Positions 8,261-15,938 of a stretch of DNA of 39,757 nt are shown piece after piece. Every line of letters starts with the position of its first letter. Position 1 is the first letter of the stretch. Made by a program: the position numbers and the translations under genes. The notes below the pieces were generated by a model that saw nothing but the letters and a program-made list of their open reading frames with translations, had not been told where the DNA came from and did no database searches. Source of the DNA: a virus; IMG/VR virus record IMGVR_UViG_3300028585_000011; one strand, given 5' to 3'.

Positions 8261-10431
8261 TGACGACAAATAGTAAAACGCCAGTCGTCGAAGATCTCGA
8301 AGATGGCGCATCGGTCCGTCACGATACGAAGTTCATGTTCGACACTAACGATGCGTTGATCGTCACAAGAATTGTGAATGGCGTTGAGTTTCCGCTAACG
8401 CTGGGGATCGGATACTCTGCGTTCGGCGCCGGCAACCCCAACGGCGGATATATCATCAAGACAAGTGGGGGTGTTCCCGGTGCGGTTCTGCGCATCAACA
8501 GGCGCACGCCGCTTATCCAGTCGATGAGCTACACCGCAAGCGACACCTTCCCCGCCAAGAGCCACGAAAAAGCGCTCGACCGGCAAATGCTGATCGCGCA
8601 GGAAATGGCGGCGGACGTCGTAGATCTCGAGCGTCGATCCTTGATGGTGCCACGCGACGACGCGATCGGGGCACTGCCCGGCGCCTTGATCCGAGCGGGA
8701 CGATTTCTGGCATTCGACGCCGATGGCGAAGCTATCGCGGCGAGCGGGACCGGCGCGGATGGTGCGCTGCGATACGATCTGGCGACCGGCGCCGGCGGTT
8801 TGCTAATGGGATACGCCGCGCCCGGCGATAGCACGCCGCAATCCTATGCTGCGCGCGAAGACGCAAGCGCTCGTCGCGTCGGCGATTACGTCAAGTTTGC
8901 TGACATCAGTTATTCGTCTGCGATCTCGCGCGCTTATTACGAGCTGTACCGATCACGGACAGTAAGCGGTATCACGCCAGAGCCCGGACTTGGTGAGATT
9001 GTCGAAGGCAAAGGCGTGTTCAATCTACTGCCCTTGACGATCACAAGTACAGTCGGCGCCTATAGCTTTAGCTGGCGTGGGCAGGGCCGTGCCGCAACCG
9101 TTTATGTCTTCTCGATAGATCGCGAAGCTGGAGTTCCGCTTGATGGCTATCGCGGGCTGATGGTCAGCGACTTCGGAATGGTGAACGTTCTGCCACCCGC
9201 GGCCGGGCAAACGACGACTGCGTTTAAGATGAGCGGCAACGGGAAAGCCGGGCATATCGCAAACTTCGAACGGTTGCAGCTCGGCGGTTGGACATACGAT
9301 TTCTATATCGACGGCACAACCAACGGCGACTTTGGCCGGTACACGCAGATCGAAAGCGGTTCCGATATTCTGTTCGGCAACGGCAACAACAAGAACGCAA
9401 TCAGCCATATCTTCGATCAGCTAACGGTGTCCTGCCCGCAAGCCATCTTTGAGCTAGGCGGCGCCGGCATCGTCGAGGCGCGCGGGGGCGGCGCCAACAT
9501 TCAGAACGCGGCCGTTCGATATCTGGAGGGCGCAGGCGTTAACGGCGTCCATCCCCAGATTGTCCACCTCAAGGATATGAAGTGGGAGTATGGCGGGACA
9601 GCCGGCGCCACGCAGCTCGTCATAGACGCGGGCCAGTGTGTCGCGACACCGGACAATGGCGGCGCCGATACCGAAACAATCTTGAGCGAAATAACTTTCG
9701 TTCTAGGTGACAATCCGCCGGGTACGCCCGCGGATAGTTCTTACGATCTTCACCGCATCGTCAATATCGAAAACGGCCGGCATCGGATCCACGCGATCGG
9801 CGGTTATATCCGCGGCGCCATCCGGCACCTGTCAAGCTTCACGGACACCATTGCCCGGTCTTCGTTCACTCGGATGCGTGCAGCGCCGCTCATGCGCAAT
9901 CTGCTGTTGGGTGGCACTGGCAAGCACAACCTCTATTCATGGCGTTGGAACGAGAACCAAGCCAACGGCACGCGCGGCGGGCAGGCTGGCATGCGGTGCG
10001 TCGAGCCACACGCAGCAATCCTGTGGCGCCATCTGCTTGACCAAATTGTCAACACCGGCGTCGTGCAAAACCCATTCGATCAAGGTGGGGGCGTCACGCG
10101 GTACGGCGCCAACTTTACGATCGACCTGACGCTGGCGCCGGTTAACCTTCCCACGCTTATGACGATCGAGGGGCTGTTCCTCTACGTCGAGAACAACGCG
10201 AACAATTCGAATACCAAAATTGAATGGTTTACAGACGCCACCTTTGCCAATCTTGTAGCGCCGGCTGTTACCGTCCAGGGCGGGCAGCGCTGCAAGATCC
10301 AGCTCGTAAAACAGGATTTCACGATTACCGATGGGCGGGTATATGTCCGCATTACAAAGCCGACAGTCGGCGATAACGGGACGATCGGCGCGTTGGGTAT
10401 CGAATATTTCTCCCACTTTGGTAACGGCTGA
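8260..10431 (+). CDS. Tail fibre / tailspike, 723 aa
   Basis: I chose the ATG at 8260, which overlaps the upstream stop (TAATG), over the ORF-track start at 8149. The N-terminal ~130 aa (FMFDTNDALIVTRI...LRINRRTPLIQS...EKALDRQMLIAQE) resemble the particle-binding domain of podovirus fibres. The C-terminal part is rich in beta-helix-like G/N/T/I repeats. Visibly lower GC than flanking genes. Confidence 0.7.
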   Translation: MTTNSKTPVVEDLEDGASVRHDTKFMFDTNDALIVTRIVNGVEFPLTLGIGYSAFGAGNPNGGYIIKTSGGVPGAVLRINRRTPLIQSMSYTASDTFPAKSHEKALDRQMLIAQEMAADVVDLERRSLMVPRDDAIGALPGALIRAGRFLAFDADGEAIAASGTGADGALRYDLATGAGGLLMGYAAPGDSTPQSYAAREDASARRVGDYVKFADISYSSAISRAYYELYRSRTVSGITPEPGLGEIVEGKGVFNLLPLTITSTVGAYSFSWRGQGRAATVYVFSIDREAGVPLDGYRGLMVSDFGMVNVLPPAAGQTTTAFKMSGNGKAGHIANFERLQLGGWTYDFYIDGTTNGDFGRYTQIESGSDILFGNGNNKNAISHIFDQLTVSCPQAIFELGGAGIVEARGGGANIQNAAVRYLEGAGVNGVHPQIVHLKDMKWEYGGTAGATQLVIDAGQCVATPDNGGADTETILSEITFVLGDNPPGTPADSSYDLHRIVNIENGRHRIHAIGGYIRGAIRHLSSFTDTIARSSFTRMRAAPLMRNLLLGGTGKHNLYSWRWNENQANGTRGGQAGMRCVEPHAAILWRHLLDQIVNTGVVQNPFDQGGGVTRYGANFTIDLTLAPVNLPTLMTIEGLFLYVENNANNSNTKIEWFTDATFANLVAPAVTVQGGQRCKIQLVKQDFTITDGRVYVRITKPTVGDNGTIGALGIEYFSHFGNG

Positions 10432-10910
10432 TGATGGCAACTCTTGATCTTGTGCGCCCATGGCTAAGTACAATTTCGCTTATGGGCCTTTTGACGTTTG
10501 CCTCGAATATGTGGCTTCAAAACAGGCGTCTAAAGCTTGTCGAAAACAAGGACGATCGCGACGGGTACGGCGCGCTGATTACGACGCTTCAAGAAGCTGT
10601 CAAAAGCATGGATAGCAAGCACTCGGAAGCGCTGAAGGTTATCCGTCTTGACCATAGCAATCAGGTTGAGCGTCTCGCCAAGGAGAACAAAGAGCATCTG
10701 GATCGAATAGCGGAAGAACATCGCCGCTGCGAGGAACGTCTTTCGAAAATCGAAGGCGAATTAATGGGGTTTCATCGTGCAGCCCTGACGAGATCGCAAT
10801 ACGGGCTCGCGGAGTTACCCGCATCGCCAATGATCATCGCCGCAGCCGAGCGTTCGGTTGCCGCGGCGAACAAGGCAGCGGAGCAACAAAGAGGGGGTAA
10901 CGTCGAATGA
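10431..10910 (+). CDS. Lysis-associated membrane protein (single N-terminal TM plus coiled coil; holin or i-spanin-like), 159 aa
   Basis: Start overlaps the fibre stop (TGATG). It has one N-terminal hydrophobic segment (WLSTISLMGLLTFASNMWL) followed by a charged coiled-coil region. It lies directly upstream of the endolysin. Low GC. Confidence 0.45.
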   Translation: MMATLDLVRPWLSTISLMGLLTFASNMWLQNRRLKLVENKDDRDGYGALITTLQEAVKSMDSKHSEALKVIRLDHSNQVERLAKENKEHLDRIAEEHRRCEERLSKIEGELMGFHRAALTRSQYGLAELPASPMIIAAAERSVAAANKAAEQQRGGNVE

Positions 10911-11530
10911 ACAGGGCGGCATTCTACAAGACGGTTCGCGCGAAGCTTGGCTCGCTGGATCAATCGCAAGTCGACGGCTTCGAGACGATCTTAAACGCGA
11001 TCGCGGGGCAACCGCTTTCCTATCAGGCGTACATGCTCGCAACGACGTGGCACGAAACCGCGGACACGATGCAGCCTATCAAGGAAAAGGGCAGCAACGA
11101 ATATCTCCGCAACCAGTACGATATCACAGGCCGGCGACCCGACACAGCGAAGGCGTACGGCAACGTCAATCCGGGCGACGGCATCAGGTATTGCGGCCGC
11201 GGCTATGTGATGAACACATGGTACACCAACTACGCGAAGGCCGATGCGGCGCTCGCCAAGGCAGGGATCCTCAAGCAAGGCGAGCTGCTGGCAAACCCGG
11301 ATCTGGCGATGCGTCACGACGTCGCAGCGTTCATCATGCTTGCCGGCATGCTGGGCGGCTGGTTCAGCGGCAAGCGCCTGTCATCGTATCTGCCGGCGAA
11401 GGGCACGGCGACCCGCGCGCAATACATCGCAGCTCGACGCATCATCAATATCCAGGACAAGGCGGATCTGATCGAGGACTATGCGCAGATCTTCGAGCGC
11501 GCCTTGCGTGACGCGGGGATCCTCGAATGA
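10907..11530 (+). CDS. Endolysin, GH19 (chitinase-like) type, 207 aa
   Basis: Motifs ATTWHETA (catalytic Glu context), YGNVNPGDGIRYCGRGYVMNTWYTNY and ANPDLA match the GH19-type phage/GTA endolysin pattern. ATGA coupling at both ends. Confidence 0.8.
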   Translation: MNRAAFYKTVRAKLGSLDQSQVDGFETILNAIAGQPLSYQAYMLATTWHETADTMQPIKEKGSNEYLRNQYDITGRRPDTAKAYGNVNPGDGIRYCGRGYVMNTWYTNYAKADAALAKAGILKQGELLANPDLAMRHDVAAFIMLAGMLGGWFSGKRLSSYLPAKGTATRAQYIAARRIINIQDKADLIEDYAQIFERALRDAGILE

Positions 11531-11931
11531 AGATCTATGATCTGCTCGACCGCATAGGCGAGCGTCGCCTCGAGCGATATCGGCTATCGCCCCCAAGGCC
11601 GCGCGACACGCGCATGCTGGTCGGCTCGCTGTTCTTTCTGGGCTATTACATTCTCGTCTTCACGATGCTGAAAATCGTAGTGCCCGAAAGCAACGGGCCG
11701 CTCGTCCGCGACAGCCTGCTTGTACTCGGACCTGTCGTGGGCGCGATCGGATCCGCGCTGTTCCGCACCGACGTCAAGGACGAGATCGCAGCCACCAATA
11801 CAGGCGCCGCGTTCCGCGCGGTTGGCGAACAGGCAAAGGCAACGGTCGCGGCCGCGGCAACGACGCCGCCAACGGTCGACGGGCTGCGCGATGGCGACAG
11901 CGTCACACTGGAGAGGGCGCCTGATGCTTAG
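11527..11931 (+). CDS. Holin-like membrane protein (two predicted TM segments), 134 aa
   Basis: Hydrophobic segments MLVGSLFFLGYYILVFTMLKIVV and SLLVLGPVVGAIGSALF. ATGA-coupled to the endolysin. Confidence 0.5.
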   Translation: MKIYDLLDRIGERRLERYRLSPPRPRDTRMLVGSLFFLGYYILVFTMLKIVVPESNGPLVRDSLLVLGPVVGAIGSALFRTDVKDEIAATNTGAAFRAVGEQAKATVAAAATTPPTVDGLRDGDSVTLERAPDA

Positions 11932-12148
11932 GGCCGGGCTCGCAGCGGACACTCGCGCGCGAATGGACAAGCGGCCGATCGCGATGCAGGCGCAAGAGCT
12001 GGCGATCGCGCAAGTGCAAGCCAGCTCGAGCGCGGCCGCTGTCGCGACGGCCGTCGACGAGGCGGTAAGCGGGGATCTCGTCGAGCGATCGCCGGCGCTG
12101 GCGGAACGACTGCGCAACGTCGAGAACCGATTGCAAAATCTGGAGTAG
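11924..12148 (+). CDS. Hypothetical helical protein, 74 aa (last gene of the late arm)
   Basis: ATG at 11924 is preceded by GGAGAGGG and overlaps the holin-like stop by 8 nt. The ORF-track start (11720) would lie inside the previous gene. No Cys, so it is not an o-spanin lipoprotein. Confidence 0.4.
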   Translation: MLRAGLAADTRARMDKRPIAMQAQELAIAQVQASSSAAAVATAVDEAVSGDLVERSPALAERLRNVENRLQNLE

Positions 12149-12157
12149 GTCAAACAG

Positions 12158-12194
12158 AAAGGGGGCGGCGGTAGATCATACCGTTGCCCCCTTT
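12158..12194. terminator. Bidirectional rho-independent-type terminator between convergent arms
   Basis: AAAGGGGGC-GG-CGGTA gatca TACCG-TT-GCCCCCTTT hairpin. T-rich tracts follow it on both strands (cctttg on the plus strand, tttctgtttg on the minus strand). It sits between convergent genes ending at 12148 (+) and 12216 (-). Confidence 0.7.
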
Positions 12195-12215
12195 CCTTTG
12201 CGCAATCGCGCCGCG

Positions 12216-12515
12216 TCAAGGTTTTAGATACGCATCGATCAGGAGCTCGAGCGCGACGCGATCCTCGGGCGGCACGATCGGCGTGTCGTACACCGCATGA
12301 TCGATAGCGTAGGGTGTGCCGCGCCGGCCCCGTACGTGCTTCATCATGTCGTGATCGTTCGTGACGGGCACCAACTTCAAGGCGTCGGGGGGACGATCCT
12401 GCCGGCGCAAAAGGTCACGTATAGCAGTCGTCTCGCCGTGCGCCGGAACGATGAAGTATATCGCGCCATCGGGCAGTGCCTCGATCGCGCGCCATGTTTT
12501 GCCGCTAGCTGTCAT
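12216..12515 (-). CDS. Hypothetical protein, 99 aa
   Basis: Last ORF of the leftward arm. Its start overlaps the upstream stop (ATGA at 12512-12515). Confidence 0.5.
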   Translation of the reverse strand: MTASGKTWRAIEALPDGAIYFIVPAHGETTAIRDLLRRQDRPPDALKLVPVTNDHDMMKHVRGRRGTPYAIDHAVYDTPIVPPEDRVALELLIDAYLKP

Positions 12516-12754
12516 CGCTTCATCATCCCGAACAGCTCGTCCAGTCCCTCCACGTCGGCCTCGAGCGCCGGGCCAATAGCCCGGACGGCAACGAACCCGT
12601 TGTCGATGTTCAGATCATCGATCTCGAAACGATCGATCCGGGCCATAGACCCGGATGCAAAAGAACGATGCGCGCGCAAGACCTGATCAAGCGAATACTC
12701 GGCGGGATAATTTTTCGTTATCCCGATCTCGCCACCTGTAACCATGATCGTCAT
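12512..12754 (-). CDS. Hypothetical acidic protein, 80 aa
   Basis: ATGA overlaps with both neighbours. No recognisable motif. Confidence 0.5.
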   Translation of the reverse strand: MTIMVTGGEIGITKNYPAEYSLDQVLRAHRSFASGSMARIDRFEIDDLNIDNGFVAVRAIGPALEADVEGLDELFGMMKR

Positions 12755-12855
12755 CGACCCAGCGCCAGCAAGTTACGCAGGATCCAGTGGCCGAGCCTCT
12801 CCCCCAATCGGACAGGCAGTCGCTTGCCATAGGCGTTGACCGTGTAAATCTTCAT
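12751..12855 (-). CDS. Hypothetical micro-ORF, 34 aa (MKIYTVNAYGKRLPVRLGERLGHWILRNLLALGR)
   Basis: Not in the ORF track because it is under 60 aa. I read it from the sequence: the ATG at 12855 overlaps the upstream stop (ATGA), and its stop overlaps the downstream ATG (ATGA at 12751-12754). It exactly bridges two genes. Confidence 0.4.
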   Translation of the reverse strand: MKIYTVNAYGKRLPVRLGERLGHWILRNLLALGR

Positions 12856-13352
12856 ATCCCTAACTCCTGTTGTGTTGTCTCGTCGCCGCGATCGACGAGC
12901 TCGATGTGTTTCCATACAGCATCATGGTAGGCGTCGCTGCCGCGCTCGACACCGGGCGGCAGATCCCATCCGAACATATGCCGCCAGTAGAGATCCCGCA
13001 CCATCTGCACGATCTCAATCCGATGCTGTGCCGTCGCGTTATCCATGCGACCTTTGTCGACCCGATCGGGGTACAGCCGGCGCCGATAGTCGAGTTCGCG
13101 ATCGAGCGCCTCGATCTTCTGCCTCCAGCTATGCTTGCGACCGGTGACATGCCAGTCGGCCGATCCGAGCTTCTCGCCCACGTTCGCCGAGATCTCCTGC
13201 CAGACCGAGATCTGATAGTCGGCTTCGCGTTGCTGCATCCGCCCCTTGTTGATCCGATCGGGGAAGACGTCGCGACGGCTATCGAGTTCGCGCTTGAGCT
13301 CGAGCACGATAGCGCCGCGCGCCTCGGTGATGTGGTGCGAGGCGAACGGCAT
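12852..13352 (-). CDS. Hypothetical protein with an internal tandem duplication, 166 aa
   Basis: I preferred the ATG at 13352 (TGATG overlap with the upstream stop) to the TTG at 13364. Two ~37-aa repeats are present: RELDSRRDVFPDRINKGRMQQREADYQISVWQEI and RELDYRRRLYPDRVDKGRMDNATAQHRIEIVQMV. Confidence 0.55.
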   Translation of the reverse strand: MPFASHHITEARGAIVLELKRELDSRRDVFPDRINKGRMQQREADYQISVWQEISANVGEKLGSADWHVTGRKHSWRQKIEALDRELDYRRRLYPDRVDKGRMDNATAQHRIEIVQMVRDLYWRHMFGWDLPPGVERGSDAYHDAVWKHIELVDRGDETTQQELGI

Positions 13353-13579
13353 CAGTGCGTGCAATCGGCTTCGGTGACGATCTGGTTTGCGAGCAACGGC
13401 GCATCGGGCCAGTCGCGCGATACGGTAATCACAAACATCTCGCCGTCGAGCTCGAAGCGCGCGCCGGCTTCCGTAGCAACGAAATCGTCCGCCAGCTCTA
13501 GATCCTGCATTGCGGCGATGTTGTCGGCGACGATACGGCCGAGCTGCACAAGCTGTTGATCGGTGAATGCCTTAGCCAT
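13352..13579 (-). CDS. Hypothetical protein, 75 aa
   Basis: ATG at 13579 is preceded by a strong RBS (AAGGAGGATTTC ATG on the minus strand). The ORF-track extension to 13777 is Arg/Pro-rich and lacks an RBS. Confidence 0.55.
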   Translation of the reverse strand: MAKAFTDQQLVQLGRIVADNIAAMQDLELADDFVATEAGARFELDGEMFVITVSRDWPDAPLLANQIVTEADCTH

Positions 13580-13599
13580 GAAATCCTCCTTTGGCCTGG

Positions 13600-13749
13600 T
13601 TAGATCCAGAAGCGCCGAACGACGCCGCTGTTGCGATGGCGCACGGTAACGAACCGCTTGGGCTTGCGGCGGTGCCGTGCGTATTCGAGTGTCGCGATCG
13701 CGGCGAACCCCAGCACGATCAGACAGAACCCAATTTGACCCAGATCCAT
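13600..13749 (-). CDS. Hypothetical small membrane protein, 49 aa (MDLGQIGFCLIVLGFAAIATLEYARHRRKPKRFVTVRHRNSGVVRRFWI)
   Basis: Read from the sequence; it is below the ORF-track cutoff. It has one hydrophobic segment followed by a basic tail and would be the first gene after the divergent control region. The RBS is weak (AGGGAA). Confidence 0.4.
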   Translation of the reverse strand: MDLGQIGFCLIVLGFAAIATLEYARHRRKPKRFVTVRHRNSGVVRRFWI

Positions 13750-13839
13750 TCCCGTATTCCCTGTTAGCTATCAGCAAACATTTACTGACAGAGCAGAGGG
13801 GGGCTTGTCAAACGGGTAATCAGATCGCTAACAAAGAGC
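13750..13839. promoter_or_regulatory. Divergent control region with paired operator-like inverted repeats
   Basis: TGTTAGCTATCAG (13762-13774) and CAGATCGCTAACA (13821-13833) are 11/13 reverse complements, and each abuts one of the divergent start codons. An inner inverted pair TGACA (13786-13790) / TGTCA (13806-13810) is present. Candidate rightward promoter TTGTCA (13805-13810)-N17-CTAACA (13828-13833). Leftward -35 TTGACA lies on the minus strand at 13810-13805. Confidence 0.45.
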
Positions 13840-14130
13840 ATGGCAAAAAAACGCACCATTCAAGAGCTGCGCGTCTGGCGCATGTCGCGCGGACTGACGA
13901 TGGAAGCGGCCGGCGCGCTGATCCGTATCGCGCATGACGATCCGAACGACGTCGGCGTAAGCCGGGTGACGTGGCATAGTTGGGAGCGCGGCGCGAAGAT
14001 CCCGAGCGCTGCCTATATGACAGAGCTCGAGCGCGTGACGGGCGTACAGCCGAACGCCTATTATGATCGACCGGCATCGCGCATTGTGGTTCCCGAAAAC
14101 GATCAGCGACAAATGGCACTCATCGCCTAA
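13840..14130 (+). CDS. XRE/Cro-type helix-turn-helix transcriptional regulator, 96 aa
   Basis: LRVWRMSRGLTMEAAGALIRI...VSRVTWHSWERGAKIPSAAYMTELERVTGV fits the XRE-family HTH pattern. It is the first gene of the rightward arm, next to the operator-like repeats. Confidence 0.65.
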   Translation: MAKKRTIQELRVWRMSRGLTMEAAGALIRIAHDDPNDVGVSRVTWHSWERGAKIPSAAYMTELERVTGVQPNAYYDRPASRIVVPENDQRQMALIA

Positions 14131-14144
14131 CCAGAGGTATCAAC

Positions 14145-14696
14145 ATGGCTGAAACTGACGTCGTTACGTCGAAGCTCGAGGACAGGATCCTCGGGGTTCG
14201 CATCCTCGCAACTGCTGTTCTTGGTGCGGCGATCGCGACCGATCACGAAACGGCGCTTGCCGTCGCCGTGCTCGAGGCGTCAACACGCAACATGACGACG
14301 GACGCGGAACCGCGCGAAGTCGAAAGCATTGCGTCGTCGTTCAACCGGCATATGGACGCGGTGCTTGATGCCGCCAACGCCAGCCACGCGGCCGACAGCC
14401 GGGTCACGCGCCGCGCGCATATGGCGAAGGCGATCGACCGGGCAGGGCTGCTGCTGGTCGAGCGCGGCTATGTCGCTGCCATGTTCGACGCGCTGAACCG
14501 CACGCGCGAGCAGGCGCAGGCGATCCGCAAATACCCGCTGCACAACGTCATGCCCGACAACGTCCGCACCGCGACAGCGTACCTGGACGATGTCCTTGCC
14601 GCGCAGCATCCCGAGATCTTCAAAGAATGGCTGATCGTCTGCGAATGGATCGGCAAGCCGGTCGAGGGCGTGGCCTCCGATAGCGAGGCACGCTGA
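14145..14696 (+). CDS. Hypothetical protein, 183 aa
   Basis: ORF with an AGAGG RBS, positioned between the regulator and the primase. No recognisable motif. Confidence 0.5.
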   Translation: MAETDVVTSKLEDRILGVRILATAVLGAAIATDHETALAVAVLEASTRNMTTDAEPREVESIASSFNRHMDAVLDAANASHAADSRVTRRAHMAKAIDRAGLLLVERGYVAAMFDALNRTREQAQAIRKYPLHNVMPDNVRTATAYLDDVLAAQHPEIFKEWLIVCEWIGKPVEGVASDSEAR

Positions 14697-14845
14697 TGCC
14701 GCGGGACAAGCGTATCGACAACGCATTGCGCGGGGTCGACTATTACCGCGACATGCGCGATCGGCTCGATAAGCTGTCCCGCACCCGCGCGCTGACCGAG
14801 GCGGAAAGCATCCAGCTCGAGCGGGCAATCTATCATGCAGGGTAG
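14696..14845 (+). CDS. Hypothetical micro-ORF, 49 aa (MPRDKRIDNALRGVDYYRDMRDRLDKLSRTRALTEAESIQLERAIYHAG)
   Basis: Read from the sequence. The ATG overlaps the upstream stop (TGATG at 14694-14698). Its end overlaps the primase start by 11 nt. Confidence 0.35.
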   Translation: MPRDKRIDNALRGVDYYRDMRDRLDKLSRTRALTEAESIQLERAIYHAG

Positions 14846-15938
14846 CGCGCACCGTCCGCAACGTCGCGTCGTCATCGAGCCGCGCGAGCTCGAGCAATTG
14901 TTGCGCGCCGAGACACTGCGCCTTGCGCGCAAGCTGCTGCCGAACGGCATGGAGAATTGCGGCTATTACGAGATCGGATCCGTCGCCGGCGACAAGGGGC
15001 AAAGCCTCAAGATCAACCTGTCGGGATCGCTGAAAGGATGCTGGACAGATTTCTCGGCGCCGAAAGGAACGCTCGAATATAGCGGCGACATGCTCAAGCT
15101 GATCGCCATTACGAAGTTCGGCGGGCGTCTGGGCGATGCGATCTCATGGGCGATCTCGTGGCTGGGTCTCGACGGACTGGATCCGGCGCGGCTGGCGACC
15201 GAGCGGGCGACGGCGAAGCGCGCGGCGATCGCGGCCGATGAAGATCAGGCGGCGCAAGCCGAGAAGCGCCGGCGCAATGCGATGAACCTGTACCTGTCGG
15301 GAACGTCGATCGCCGACACGCCGGCGGAACGCTACCTGATCTCGCGCGGCATCGATCTGCGCGCGCACGGCATGGCGGCGCCGGGCTCGCTCAAGTATCA
15401 GGCGGACGGCGTCTACTGCATGGAGGTACAGCGCAAGCTCCCGTGCATGGTCGCGGCCGTCACGAACATCGAAGGGCGCCACGTCGCCACGCACCGCACC
15501 TGGATCAAAGAAGACGGCAGCGGCAAGGCGGATCTGAAAGAGCCCAAGAAGGCGCTTGGCAAATATCAGGGCGGTTTCATCCCGATCTGGAAGGGCGACC
15601 ACAAGGTATCGATGGCGAACCTTCCCAAAGGCACGCCGATCCTGTGTTCGGAGGGGATCGAGGACGCGTTGACCGCGGCGATCGCGCGGCCGCAACACCG
15701 CGTCATCGCCGCGATCTCACTGTCGAACATCGGCGGGCTTGTGCTACCTGACGGCTGTCCGCTGATCATCCTCGCGCAGCGGGATCCGCCGGGATCGAAG
15801 GCAGAAGCGAGTCTTGAGCAGGCGATCGCGCGGCAACAGGAAGCGGGGCGAGACGTCCGACTGGCGTTTCCGCCTGCGGGAGTAAAAGACATCAACGATC
15901 TAGCTACAAAGAGTGGGGCGCAACGTAATGGCTGGTGA
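14835..15938 (+). CDS. Toprim-domain DNA primase (P4-alpha / plasmid primase-like N-terminal module), 367 aa
   Basis: N-terminal LLPNG...GQSLKINLSGSLKGCWTDFS...GDMLKLI pattern is typical of phage/plasmid primase N-domains. Toprim-like CSEGIEDALT and RDPPGSKAE...VKDINDL follow. Confidence 0.7.
   Translation: MQGSAHRPQRRVVIEPRELEQLLRAETLRLARKLLPNGMENCGYYEIGSVAGDKGQSLKINLSGSLKGCWTDFSAPKGTLEYSGDMLKLIAITKFGGRLGDAISWAISWLGLDGLDPARLATERATAKRAAIAADEDQAAQAEKRRRNAMNLYLSGTSIADTPAERYLISRGIDLRAHGMAAPGSLKYQADGVYCMEVQRKLPCMVAAVTNIEGRHVATHRTWIKEDGSGKADLKEPKKALGKYQGGFIPIWKGDHKVSMANLPKGTPILCSEGIEDALTAAIARPQHRVIAAISLSNIGGLVLPDGCPLIILAQRDPPGSKAEASLEQAIARQQEAGRDVRLAFPPAGVKDINDLATKSGAQRNGW

Noticed and set aside
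8260-10431. BPP-1-style diversity-generating retroelement acting on the fibre or on the 748-aa protein.
   Set aside because: No reverse transcriptase ORF is present anywhere in the genome. I saw no template/variable repeat pair near the 3' ends of these genes.
10858-11511. 217-aa ORF in an alternative frame over the endolysin gene, considered as a possible embedded lysis or spanin gene.
   Set aside because: The sequence is basic and low-complexity with no signal peptide or lipobox. It spans almost the whole endolysin and looks like a GC-driven open frame.
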